From Felis catus (Eukaryota), in NCBI RefSeq assembly GCF_018350175.1, contig NC_058368.1, positions 56,236,001-56,300,000 of the forward strand: a stretch of 64,000 nucleotides of DNA, written 5' to 3'. Made by a program: the position numbers and the translations under genes. Shown piece by piece: positions 1 to 12,595 of this stretch; the first letter of the stretch is position 1; each line of letters begins with the position of its first letter. A model generated the notes under the pieces. The model had not been told where the DNA came from and did not search any database. It was given only the letters and a program-made list of their open reading frames with translations.

Positions 1-113
1 CGGCTGGAACTCACAAACCATGAAATTCAGGGCTCAAATTCACAACCTGTGAGATCATGACCTGAGGCAAAATCAAGTGTTGGATGCCTAAGTGACTAAG
101 CCACCCAGGTGCT
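1..113 (-). mobile_element. Can-SINE, 5' part (cut by window edge)
   Basis: Reverse complement reads GCACCTGGGTGGCTTAGTCACTTAGGCATCC...CTCAGGTCATGATCTCACAG, the Can-SINE tRNA-like head. Confidence 0.9.
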
Positions 114-457
114 TACTTCCTCCCATATTAATAAAGTTTCTGACTCATCATCTTTGCAACAGAGCTCTATCTTGTTTTGTAATGAGCCCCATATGCTAGA
201 ATAAAAATTACCCAAATTATGTGGTCTTCTTAAAACAGAAAATTCCAAGTTTATTTTTTTTAAAAAAACAATAAGATGTATACCTCCAAATATCAAATTT
301 CCAGAGAAAAAATATTTGCCAAATGATTTTTCAATGGAAAATTTTAAAATGCACATTAATTATTTTCTTTCAAGTTAGATATCTTCTGATAGAAATAGCA
401 TTGCTGCAGTATAATAACCACAGTTTAACCAAAACTGCCACTTTGCAAATGTGCCTA

Positions 458-615
458 ATGTTGCCAGATTTAGGAAATAAGGATACAGGAGCCCAACCAG
501 GTAAATTGGAATTTTAGATAAACAACAAAATTACTTTCAGTATAAAAATTACAATTGCCTGAGACATACTAAAAATTATTTGTTGTTTATCTGATATTCA
601 AATTTAACTGGGTTT
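458..615. mobile_element. MER53-like palindromic hAT MITE
   Basis: Starts TTGCCAGATTTAGGAAATAAGGATACAGG; the arm AATTGGAATTTTAGATAAACAAC is inverted-complementary to GTTGTTTATCTGATATTCAAATT; matches recalled MER53 consensus. Confidence 0.8.
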
Positions 616-919
616 TTAAAAAATTATACCTAGAATCCAGCCATATATGTGTCCTACTGTACAAAAATAAAATAAGCAAACAAACAAACTCACAGAATCA
701 CATCTTACAAAAATCTAGAAGAAAAAAAAATGACAGAAACAGCTTACCTATATAACATAAATTACACAAGGAGATTCTCAATCGTTATAGTGGTGATCCC
801 AAGTAAATTTCAAAAAAGGAAATGAAAAAAGAATGTCAATTTATATACATACAAAACATTTACATTTTGTTGAGGTTTATGTCTTATAAGTTCAAGAAAG
901 AGCAGTATCTCATGAGGAG

Positions 920-1247
920 ATGTCTTAATCTATCCAGGTTACTATAACAAAATACCACAGACTAGCTCAAAAGCAACAAAACATTTCTCAAATTTCTAGA
1001 GACTGGAAGTTCAAGATCAGAGCGTTGGTAAGGTTGGATTCTGGAAAGACCCTGTTCTGGGTTGCAGACCATTGACTTCCTTCTCTGCCCTCACATAGTG
1101 GAAGATGCAATAATGCTCTCTAGGGTCTCTTTTATGAGGCATTATTCTCTAATACTTCCTAAAGTCCCCACCTTCTAATAACTTCACACTGAGCATTAAT
1201 ATTTCAACATACTAATTTTGAGAGGACACAAACATTCAACAATAGCA
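920..1247 (-). mobile_element. MaLR LTR (MLT1A-like)
   Basis: CTATAACAAAATACCACAGACT...GGAAGTTCAAGATCA...TTTCAACATACTAATTTTGAGAGGACACAAACATTCAACAATAGCA is typical antisense MLT1A. Confidence 0.8.
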
Positions 1248-2547
1248 AGTGGGTAATTGTGACAATATAATTCCCACATTTTGAAGGGAAAAAAATGTCC
1301 ATTAATGCTACTACTCATCATGTGAAATGAGTCTGCCATCTTGAAAACCGCAGGAAATTTCAATATCACCAATCCCAGCTTCCAGATTTTATTTAAGAGT
1401 TCCTTCTTCATCGCAATGTCTTTAATACATGTTTTCATATATTTAATTTTATTTCTCATTTTGAGAGTTGTGTCCAAATCCCCTACATATTGAATATAGT
1501 GAGAGATCTACCTAGTTGAATGTAAACCGAGCTTTGTGTTTTAGAGTAAATATTTAGATTAAATATGTAAACATGAGCTATGCTTATGTTCACCTCTTCT
1601 GAGATCCTAATCTGTGTTTGTTTGGTTTCTCCATCCCCTGAAAAGATCAAGACAATGACAATTTTCTGTCCTCACTGTTTACTGTTGCCTTTGCTCTGGT
1701 ATTCTTTGGCACAAAATTCTGACTCTAGTAATAGTCTTTCTTTTGCCCTACATTTGCTTCACTTGGAAAATCTCCCTCAAGATTCTTCTGTTGAATTAAC
1801 TGGTGATGCTTCCAAACCCACCATGGACTCTCTGAGGACATTCACAACTTTTTTTATTGGCCTCAAAACCCTCGACTTTTCTCAGACTTTGAATTTTATA
1901 AGACTTAAATAAATCATTCTATTTCAGTGGCAGTAGAAAAACAACATGATTTCTAACATTTTCATACCATTGCAAATATATTTGATATTACTTTGTTTAT
2001 GTAATCATATCTACATTTTAAATATATATATAGCTAAAGCATAAGTACATTTAGAATACTTTTAAAATTGTCTACCTTTATGGTCACCTATGAAACAGAT
2101 ATTTACTCATAGTAGGTCTTTTTCCTAACACATTTTGAGACAAGATTTTACATTTCTTAATACATTCCTTCAATTTGGCATACACAGTCCCCATGTCAGA
2201 GATACGGAGTCAGTAATTTTTGGTATACTAAAAGCCTTATTAAAAAAAAAAAACACATACACAGTGTGCTCACTTTCACCTTCTTATATAAGATAATTCT
2301 ACTCAGGAGATACCCTCCCATATGTAGAATGTCTTACACACTTTCCACCATGATCTGTTTTTGTCCTGCTTTTCTATCTTTACTGTGAGGCTCATTATCA
2401 CCATATCTTCCCTTACATACCTAATTCTGTAAATTGAAAGATATTTTAACTCAGGGAGTGTGAAATATGTTTTGTTATCTATAATTACTATGATATTGTT
2501 ATTCACAAAGTAGTATCTTAAAAAGCCTATGTTGATTTTTTATCTTC

Positions 2548-2990
2548 CCATTTATTTAAACTCAAGTTAGTTAACATTCAGTGTAATATTAGTTTCAGGA
2601 GAAGAACCCAGTGATTCATTGCTTACATATAACATCCAGCTGCCATCCCAACAAGTGCCCTCCTCAATGCCCATCACCCATTTAGCCCATCCCCCTCATC
2701 CACCTCCCCTCTAACAACCCTCAGTTTGTTCTCTGTATTTAAGAGTCTCTTATGGTTTGCCTCTTATTTTTTTATCTTATTTTTTCTTCCCTTCTCCTAT
2801 GTTTATCTGTTGTTTTTTTTTAAATTCCACATGAGTCAAATCACATGATATTTGTCTTTCTCTGACTGACTTATTTTGCTTAGCATAATACACTCTAGTT
2901 CCATCCACATTGTTGCAAATGGCAAGATTTCATTCTTTTTGATTGCTGAGTAGCATTTCATTGTATGTATATACACCACATCTTTGTATA
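2548..2990 (-). mobile_element. Carnivore L1 3' end
   Basis: 3' UTR plus ORF2 C-terminus (ORF 2836-3027: KKNEILPFATMWMELECIMLS). Confidence 0.9.
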
Positions 2991-3108
2991 TACATATATA
3001 TGCATATACACATACATATATATGCATATGTATACATACTTACATATATACATACATATAATATATACATACATATATATGTATATATATACATACATAT
3101 ATATATAA
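2989..3108. repeat. (TA/TACA)n low-complexity microsatellite
   Basis: Directly visible. Confidence 0.9.
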
Positions 3109-3834
3109 TTTATTGTCAAGTTAGCTAACATACAGTATATACAGTGTGCTCTTGCCTTCAGCAGTAGATTACTGTGATTCATCACTTATATAAAACACCC
3201 AGTGCTCATCCCAACAAGTGTTCTCCTCAATGTCCGTCACCCATTTTCCCCACCCACTTCAACCCTCAGTTTGTTCTCTGTATTTAAAAGTCTCTTATGG
3301 TTTGCCTGCCTCTCTGTTTGTAACTATTTTTTTTCTTCTCCCTTCCCCCGTGATAAGTTCTGTTAAGTTTCTCAGTTTCCACATGAGTGGCTAAAATTGA
3401 CCACTCAGGAAATAACAGATGTTAGCAAGGACGTGGAGAAAGGGGAACTCTCTTGCATTGTTGGTGGGAATGCAAACTGGTGCAGCCACTCTGGAAAACG
3501 GTGTGGAGGTTCCTCAAAAAATTAAAGAAAGAATTACCCTACAACCCAGCAATAGCACTGCTAGGAATTTATCCAAAGGATAAAGGAGTGTTGATTCATA
3601 GGGGCACATGTACCCCAATGTTTATAGCAGTGCTATCAATAATAGACAAATTATGGAAAGAACCCAAATGTCCATCAAATGATGAATGGATAAAGATGTG
3701 GTACATATATACAGTGGAATACTACTTGGCAGTCAAAAAGAATGAAATCTTGCCATTTGCAACAATGTGGATGGAACTGGAGGGTATTGTGCGAAATGAA
3801 ATGTCAGAGAAAGACAGATATCATATGTTTTCAT
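3107..3834 (-). mobile_element. 5'-inverted (twin-primed) carnivore L1 3' end
   Basis: 3107-3388 is the antisense 3' UTR ending at TTCCACATGAGT; 3389-3834 is sense ORF2 C-terminus ([24 protein letters not shown]) ending TCATATGTTTTCA, which abuts CTCATGTGGAA in L1. Confidence 0.85.
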
Positions 3835-3935
3835 GCCTATGTTTATGTTTAATGCTTGTGTTTCTATATCAAGAAATCTATACAAATTATAGTCACAACC
3901 TATTGTGGCTATTAATCATTAAAAGTGTTATTCCT

Positions 3936-4157
3936 GGGGTGCCTGGGTGGCTCAGTCAGTTAAGCGTCCGACATCAGCTCAGGTAACGATTTCACGGTTT
4001 GTGGGTTTGAGCCCCGAGTCAGGCTCTGTGCTGAATGCTCGCTCAGAGCCTGGAGACTGCTTCAGATTTTGTCTCGTTCTCTCTCTGCCTGTCCCCCGCT
4101 CATGCTCTGTCTCACTCTTAAACACAAGCATTAAATAAATGTAATAAAAATGTTTTT
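3936..4157 (+). mobile_element. Can-SINE
   Basis: GGGGTGCCTGGGTGGCTCAGTC head, CT region, A tail; TSD AAAGTGTTATTCCT at 3922-3935 and 4158-4171. Confidence 0.95.
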
Positions 4158-4939
4158 AAAGTGTTATTCCTAAATGTGTTATTATTGACCATTTTCACAT
4201 TTAAAAGGGAAACTCTCAATAACTTATTGACTCTAGTGACTCTCTAGAGAGATTTTTGTTTTTTCTTCTGTAAGTACCACCTCTCTGTCATATCCCATAA
4301 ATGATTTTAGACATTTTAAGAGTTACATCTTTTATTCAGATTAATAGAAAAAAGAATTTTTTTCTATACACATATATACCTTTCCGAAGGACTTAAAATT
4401 TGGTAAAGATTTCTAATCTTATTTTGAATAGTGAACTTTAGACACTGAGAACTATTTGTATTTCATCAATGATATATGTGCTGTGATATTTCTACACATG
4501 CATTGGAAGGAATATTGTGGACATTAAAATTGATGTACATAAAACACAGTTAGTTAATTGTAATTATAGTGTTGTTGAACTCTTATATAGTAGTGCTTAG
4601 TGGAGTATACGTATATTTTTAGGTCTGTATTCTCTATAACCAGAAGAGGTCATCTGTTTTTGCTCCTCTGTGTTATTAGAAACACCTAATTGTGTGTGAG
4701 AATAAAATTACTCTACCTTTATAAATTCAAATTAGTTATCTTTTCTTACCAATTGAATTCACAGAAGCACTCATGTCAAATTTTAAAAAGCTATGAAGAG
4801 GAAACTTTGGACGTAAAGAAAAGCCGGCAAAAGTATACATGTAAGAAATATAAACTGGAGATAAGGGGTCATGGGAGTGAACTGGTAGAAGGTAGATGTG
4901 GGTACCACAATGAAAGTATTCTCAAATGATAGATCAAAA

Positions 4940-5130
4940 TAATGTTTTCCAATTTTAGGGTACCTCAAGAATACATGAAAGCTTAGTTTAAAATAAAAGA
5001 TCACCAGAATCCAGTCTCAGAGACTTTGATTTATTACAGCTGTGTTCAAGGCCACACATTTGTATTTTAATCTGTTACTGAGGCGATTTTTATCAAGTTT
5101 GCCCATAGCCCTCACATTTGAAACAGCACC
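4940..5130. mobile_element. MER5-like hAT MITE, degraded
   Basis: CAGAGACTTTGATTTATT...CATTTGTATTTTAA...CACATTTGAAACAGCAC resembles MER5. Confidence 0.5.
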
Positions 5131-5189
5131 TTTTTTGAAGTTAAACTTGAAAAACAGTAGTATTTTAAGAACAAAGCCTCTGCAGTTGA

Positions 5190-5353
5190 ACTATGTGGTT
5201 TCACGACTTGATGTTGTTTCCTTGCCTTGTAATAATAATATCTATTCCACAGATGTTTTGTAAGAAATAAATGAATTAATATTCCTGAGTCACTTTAGAA
5301 CAGTGCCTAACTACTACCACCAATAAAGTCTCAGTTAATGTTAGCTATTATTA
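5190..5353 (+). mobile_element. MIR fragment
   Basis: AATAATATCTATTCCACAGATGTTTTGTAAG...AAATGA...TTAGAACAGTGCCT...AATGTTAGCTATTATT. Confidence 0.7.
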
Positions 5354-5859
5354 CTTCATGGGTAATGGTGCTATTTAATATACCATATATGATATAGAAA
5401 TGGCTTGTCATTGCTGATGCATGTGACAAACATAAAGTTATTTTAAAAATCTGCAAGTCTTTTAAAAACAGTTTAGAAAGAGACTCTGCTTAAAATACAT
5501 TTGTAATGATCTGCATGCGATTTGATAATATAAAATGGGAAAGCATAGGATTTATTTTGACATCAATTTTTTTTCAATGTATACTAGATGCTGTTGGAGT
5601 TCCTCATTTCAAAGATCCACACTGAATATAATATCCTATTAAATATTATATAATACATAGTTTTTACTATTTCATCATAATTTTATATGATTTTAGCTAT
5701 CATAAACTCTAATAGCATAATAGATTCAGTATGCATCCAAAAACATCTTTATATGATAATTATTTCACATTTTCAAGTGCCTTTTTCAATAAGGAGATCT
5801 CAAACCAGGTTACTATTTTTTTAAATACTTAATAGATTCTCTGTCAATAGAGAGATGAT

Positions 5860-5980
5860 AAATGGATGGATGGAAGAAAGGGAGGAAGGAAGGGAGGAAG
5901 GAAGGGAGGAAGGAAGGGGGGATGAAACGAAGGAACAAAGGAACAAAGGAAGGAGAAAGAGAGAGAGAGAGAGAGGAAGG
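5860..5980. repeat. Purine-rich (GGAA/GGGA/GA)n tract
   Basis: Directly visible. Confidence 0.9.
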
Positions 5981-8077
5981 ATATTCTACATTCTTATCCT
6001 CTTTGTCACAGTTTGTCTTCATAAACATTTAGTGAGGGCAGAAGAAAAACAAAGCATCTGATATTTTCCTGATACTTTCTGAAATTAATGATAATATTGG
6101 CTTCTACCATATCATGATTGATACGTGGAATTTTAAATTTCAACGTAGACAATTAGGTAAATAGTCAGGGTAAAACATTTTAAAATGCATTTAAAGAGCA
6201 AGAACATAAGACTACTTTATCTAAAGATGTGGTTATTATTTTAATCAAGAAACAAGAAACAGATTTATAAAAACACTATTGTATATTGTAATTGTTAATT
6301 ATACCAAAGGTATTAAGGTGTTAAAGTCACTCATACAATAGAGATATGTCATAACTGAAGTGATCATTGTGTCCTAGAGAATAGTCTTTAACTTATCTTG
6401 CATACCTATGTTAACAATGAGCGGAAAGATCTTACATTTGAAAATATTATCTGACCAAATTTGGAACTGCATGAAACAATATGGAAAATCCCCCAATAAA
6501 GTATTTTTAATAATGTAAACTATGCTTACACTATGTTCTCAGACACTTCACATGGTTAAGGATCATAATATCTTAAAACATATGCTTTTGAACCTTCAAT
6601 AATAGAGATAGAATTGAAACTATTTATGAAAATATCCAACAATATATGGAAGCTAGAGATCGAAAAGAATTCGCTCAACTACATTTCAAGTATAGGTTGA
6701 TTTTGGTGATATTATTAACAAGTATCTATTCAAATAAATAATTATTACACACTTTTATAAGATTAATAAATACAGATCTTTCTTGAAGAGAATACACAGA
6801 AAATTTTCAATCTCAAAATTTCCTATCTGTTCAGACTAACAGGCCGTCAAGTAAAAAGGGTTTTATTACTCGCTTTATTAGGTCTTTGAAGTTTGCTTTT
6901 TGGGGGGGCTTATTATTTTTTATATGTTGCATATTTGTTTGTTTATATTATTTTTGTCCTCCCACAATAAAAAGATCCAGCAATGAGCCTACAGAGTCCT
7001 AGGAGGTTCACACATTGTTCATTGCAGTCCTCTAACCAGTGTGCTATGCATTTGATCCATTGAAGATGCTAAAGAATCTGTTTAAGTACAGGTTTAATGA
7101 GCACCACATAGAAGTTTTATTTGTGATTTCTCACTGGGAAATTTCAGAAATAATTAGTGGCACTGAAACATTGTGGAAAAGAATTAGACCTCTAGTCGCA
7201 TTAAGAATTAGAAATGAGAGTTATTAAGATATTCAAAAAGAGAATAAAACATTAATAAATCCCTAGGACACTTTTACTTATCTCCAATTAGTCCCTTTAG
7301 AACATTCCTTGGTACTCAGGTATAAACAGCACTGCTGCTGTAGCCGTGCAGGCTCTTCTCCTGATCCACTGCTCTTACAATCTCTTTCTTCCTTTAATTA
7401 TAGTAAATGTCTATTTCTTCTGCCTATAAATGTTCTGTATTATGCTGCCATTTTCCCCTAGGTTCCTGACACTAGTGTTTGTCTCCCTCTGAAACTAGCA
7501 GGAAGCTGTTTACATTTCTTATAGCCAGCTCTTTGGGGAGACAATTACAACAGAGATATTGTCCTAAAAACATGGGGTTTTTTTGTTGTTGTTTTCTTCT
7601 TGTTATTTTGTTTTCATCACTTATTTGGGCGGAGAAGGGAAAAAGTTGAAGCATATAAACAGACATATGTATATGATTGTTTCTCCATCTCTCTAGCTCA
7701 ACTGTATATTAGGAGCGATCCCTTCAAATCTCTTTGAACCCTTTAGTCATTAAATACAAAAGGAAATAAAAACTAGTTGGGATTTGCAACATCACAATAG
7801 ATGGTGTAGTGAACCAACTGCATTTTTCCTGGTGTAATTATTTGCCCTGGCTTTTCTTTAGTTAAACTGCATCTTAAACTCCAAAACTAATATTTAATAT
7901 TTGGCAGAAACCTTTAAGTTATGGTTCCATTTGATAAGAAATAGTCACAAACTCTGAAATAAAAGTTAACTGTAATAATTTCTATGATTATTATGTTTCA
8001 GAATGTTTCCCTTTATCTGAGAACATTGAAGCAGAAAACTCAATTTTTTTAAACCCAGGCAATTATGATTGTGCGTT

Positions 8078-8082
<5 letters not shown>

Positions 8083-8118
<36 letters not shown>
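8083..8118. repeat. (GT)18 microsatellite
   Basis: Directly visible. Confidence 0.95.
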
Positions 8119-8120
<2 letters not shown>

Positions 8121-8364
8121 ACCGCAATAGGATATATCTTATAATTAGTTGATTATTGCAGTATCTGAGTTCTGCTTCCAAGGATAATAGTTTATGGAAA
8201 GTAAGAGATCATCAACCTCTCAGAAGATGAGAAAACCAACTAATCAAGCAAAACTAAGTTTATTACATCAACTGTAATAAAGAAGAATAAATCTTATATA
8301 CTTAGAGTACCTCAAAATTGAAGTAAAATCAATAATTTTTGATTAATAAATATTTGTCTAGTAC

Positions 8365-8368
<4 letters not shown>

Positions 8369-8400
<32 letters not shown>
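8369..8400. repeat. (CA)16 microsatellite
   Basis: Directly visible. Confidence 0.95.
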
Positions 8401-8402
<2 letters not shown>

Positions 8403-8640
8403 TTTCTGCACAACTATAAAACTGACTGGAAACATTTGTTCCCAGTCACTTCCAGTCAGTTCTACTTGATTCTAAGGTATTGTAGCCACACTCAAAATTA
8501 TTCCCAACTAGTTATGCATTGTTCTCAAGTTTGCTTTATTTCTTTGTCTTTCTATCTGTCCTTTTGTTTAAATGTGTATACTTTGAAGACATCTGAGATA
8601 AATAGGATTGTGGGAAGATACCACATTTAATCCAATCTTT

Positions 8641-8644
<4 letters not shown>

Positions 8645-8682
<38 letters not shown>
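8645..8682. repeat. (CA)19 microsatellite
   Basis: Directly visible. Confidence 0.95.
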
Positions 8683-8684
<2 letters not shown>

Positions 8685-9563
8685 ATTCGTTTAACTGAAA
8701 AGACCTAATATAATGGGCTTTTTTTTTTTCAAAGCGTTTTTTACTCTTATTTCTTGCCTTTTAGATTTAAAAGTATCTAGCCTTGTCAGACCTCAGGGGC
8801 TACAAATCTGGACTTTTTTTTATTTCATTCCTGTTCCTAGGAAGGTCAGTTCTTACTTTAGTCATCTCTTCGATACAACTCTTCCATATCAAGAAGTGGT
8901 AACCAACACCCACTAGTATTCTCTCTGTTTTCAACTTGTAGAGTTACAGACAATTTGGCACTTATTCATCCCTCCAAGTTTTTTTCAGAGATAAACATGG
9001 TATCACATATTTCACTACCACATTACATGTAATCTCATTTTCCAGCTTCATTAATCTATTTGTTCTTTCTCTGCTCTAAACTGTTAAAGTACTGCCATAT
9101 ATTTTGTTACTACAATTGTAGCATCCCACATTAAATTACAAGATTCTGTATTACTCAAGGTAGAAATGACTGTAGTAACTAATAAGCACACATGTGTATA
9201 AAGAGTATGGCACAATACAGGTATATTCTTACTCACATAATGATTTGAGGCATAGATTCTTCCTAAAGGTAGTAATGTAATATCCCATGCTTCTTTTGCA
9301 GGGAGCGCTCTACATGTGGCAATTCATGGGCTAAACTTCTTACTATCTTGTTATTCTTTCACCCAGAGAGTGAAAATTTTACCTTCACTTAGGTATTTTA
9401 ATGGAAAAAAACATGCAAAAATACCTTCTTTTTCCCTAGAAAAAAGCCTTGTGTACACAATGGTATATCTTCATCTCCTCACATTATCCATTGGGTACAA
9501 CTCAGTTGTATGGACCTGTTAGTTCTAGGAAAAACTGGGAAATGCGATCTAGATGTGAACTAG

Positions 9564-10106
9564 TGTGGTAGTTAGCTTCTAAAATCCCCCCCATGACCTG
9601 TGCTTTCTGGTATTTACATCCTACCTAATCCATTCCCCTCGTGTATTAGCTGGACCAGTGACTTGATTCTAACAAATGGAATATGGCAAAGTGAGCAGGC
9701 AACAGTTCAGAGATTAGATAATAAAGGACTGTCTTTTGTCTTGCTTACTGTCTTGCTCACCCTCCCCCATTCCTTTTGTTGATGAAGCAAACCAAAATGT
9801 TCTGGGATGCCCTGCAGAGGGTTCTTCTTGGCAAGTAAATGAGGGTATCCTCCTGCCAACATCTCAGGAGGAACTGAATCATGTCAGGAGCCACATGAAT
9901 GAACTTAAAAGCAAGTTCTCCCTGTTTAGCATAGAAAGACTGGTGAAACTAGCCGATGCCTTGATCAGAGGCTTGTGAGAAACTCACAGCCACAAAATTC
10001 AGATAAGCCATACCCACATCACTAATACACAGAAACTGTGAGAAAATAATATTTGTTGCTTTAAGTTTCTTAATTTGGGGGTGATTTGTTATTCACGAGG
10101 AAAATA
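9564..10106 (+). mobile_element. MaLR LTR (MLT1F-like), apparently inside an older MLT1 fragment
   Basis: Starts TGTGGTAG; contains GTGACTTGATTCTAACAAATGGAATATGGCAAAGTGA; ends CACAGAAACTGTGAG...TTGTTGCTTTAAG...TTTGGGGGTGATTTGTTA. Confidence 0.8.
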
Positions 10107-10299
10107 TTTGCAAATATTAGGAAATATTTGGTGAACATCAAGCAGTATCTGCCACTGGCATAGTGAATTTAAGAATAGGGTAAATAAAGCATTTTAAAGA
10201 ATACCTTAATATTGCTACTATTCAGGATGAGATAATGTGTATATATAAATTGTATTTGATTTTATTTATGCTCTTCTACAATGAAGAAAGTAAGTTTTG

Positions 10300-11460
10300 C
10301 AACTAATAAATATGACCATAATTTTTCTTTATAAGCATATATTTCTAATTCTGTTTCTTTCACCTAATAATGCATTAGGTTTTTCCTTATATGCTATTAC
10401 TAATAACAAAAAAGTTGCTTTATCTTAGTAAGATCACTTATGTATTTACCCCTAAATTGCATTAATTAGATCTGCTACTATTCAACTTCCTATTAATGAG
10501 ATCATGGTGAATGGTACTTTGTAGTCTACTCTTCTGCTAATATTACATTTGAAAATCATTCATTTAGTGCTGCAATTAATCAATTCGTCATCATACAATT
10601 TCATTGTATTTTTGTACAAATAGTATAACCATACTACTGTCAATGTGAATTTAGGTTGTTCCTATTTTAGGATGCAATGGAGACTGCTTGTTTGAACATT
10701 TTTGTACATATATATAATGCTCATATGTACAATTTATTTAGTGTACATAGGAATGAAATACTGAGTTATTGGTATGTGCATCTTCAAAAATATTGGAGAG
10801 TGCTAAACTATTTTCCAAAATGGCAAGGTCAGTGTGCATGTTTAAGGTTTTAATATATGAATTTGGGGAGACACACACATTCAGTCTATGGTGCTTTCTC
10901 ACTCACATATCTGTCTGTAGCTGATGTTGAATTTCTTCTGGGCTCATATCTGGGACTGTCACACAGAACACCTACAATGGTCTCTAAATATTCCCTGGAT
11001 TTCCTTGCAGTATTTGGTGCTTGGGTCTTAAATGGGCATACCTCATGAAGACAAGACAGAAAAATACAAACTAGATTTGGAAATAAATCACATAGCATAC
11101 TGTTCACAATAATCTTAGTCCTATGCATATTCAAGGACAGGAAACACATATGTCCACTTCTCAATGACAGGGTTAGCACATCATGCTATAGGACAGACTT
11201 TAGAGTAGCAAAATCTTGTGGTAGTCATTTTGAAAAACTCAGCCATCCATGTTTTTGCTTTTTGAATAGAACTTTCAGTATTTCTATGTTTGTGTGGTGA
11301 TATCTTACTTTTCTTTTAATTTGGATTTTCCAGATCGCTTATTATATTAGAAATCTTTTATTAAACAGATACATAAATATGTCTAGTAGAAGAAATGTTT
11401 TTAGCATCTATTTGCAAAAAACAAAATCTTCCTCAAAGTCATAAAGATATTCTTCTGTAA
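10300..11460 (-). mobile_element. Old L1 (L1M) 3' fragments interrupted by MLT1 pieces
   Basis: TTTAGGTTGTTCCTATTTT...TGAACATTTTTGTACAT...TGCTAAACTATTTTCCAAAATGG; MLT-like pieces at about 10845-11250. Confidence 0.6.
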
Positions 11461-11480
11461 ACTATCTTTATAAAAACTTC

Positions 11481-11682
11481 GGGGGCGCCTGGGTGGCTCA
11501 GTCAGTTAAGCATCCGTCTTCAGTCCAGGTCATGATCTCACAGCTTGTTAGTTCAAGCTCCACATTGAGCTCTGTGCTGACAGCTTGGAGCCTAGAGACT
11601 GTGCCTCCCTCTCTCTGTGCCTCTCTGCCCCTCCCCCACTCACGCTGTCTCTCTCACTCTCAAAAATAAACATTAAAAAAAA
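11481..11682 (+). mobile_element. Can-SINE
   Basis: GGGGCGCCTGGGTGGCTCAGTCAGTTAAGCATCCG head, CT tract, AATAAACATTAAAAA tail. Confidence 0.95.
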
Positions 11683-12548
11683 CAACTTTAGAACAATTTT
11701 TTTTTTCAAATAGAAGAATTGTGAGTTCAACACAAAATATGTTTTGACTATGAAGCGTATGAGAGTAAGTTATCACATGCGGTACCACCGTTCTTCCATA
11801 CTGAAGAACAAAGGGCATTCCTCTGGAAACCTAAGTATGTCAATTACATAATAACATTGATATGTCATTGACATCTATTATTCAGAGCTCATTCAATTTT
11901 TGTTACATCTGTATATGTATATCTATGTTTTATCAAATTGGTCAAATTCTGCCAAAATAATTCAGATTTTTGAGATTGCACTGATTTCATATGTCAACTT
12001 GGGGGTAATTGTCAGTTTACCATAGCTTTCCTCAGATTCACATGCCTGAGTTTGTCCTCCAATCCATTGATGACAATGAAGATATTATTCATTTTTTATC
12101 AAAATATCTTTGTTTTTACATTTATATCTATAATGCATCTGGTATGATGATTAAGAAATAGTAGAGTTGTCAAGTATGTGAACCAACTGGGGGGTTTTGT
12201 TGTTGTGGGGTTTTTTTGTTTTGTTTTGTTTTTAGTGTAATCTTTAATCCCCATCACCTATTTCACACATCCCCCCACCCACCTCCACTCTGGTAACCAT
12301 CAGTGTGTGTTCTATAGTTAAGAGTCTGTTTCTTGGTTTGTCTCTCTCTCTCTCTCTCTCTTGAATTCCACATATGAATGACACAATATGGTATTTCTCT
12401 TTTTCTGACTGACTTATTTCACTTAGCTCTATACTTCCTAGCTCTTCATGTTGTTACCAATGACAAGATTTCATTCTTGTTTTAGAACTAAATAATATTG
12501 TATATATTTATATATATTATATTATATATAATGTATATATATAATGTA

Positions 12549-12595
<47 letters not shown>

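Noticed and set aside
1580..1912. 110-aa ATG ORF
   Set aside because: No recognisable protein or splice context; at most a faint L2-like remnant that I cannot support
3453..3986. 177-aa ORF
   Set aside because: L1 ORF2 C-terminus reading through flank into a SINE; not a host gene
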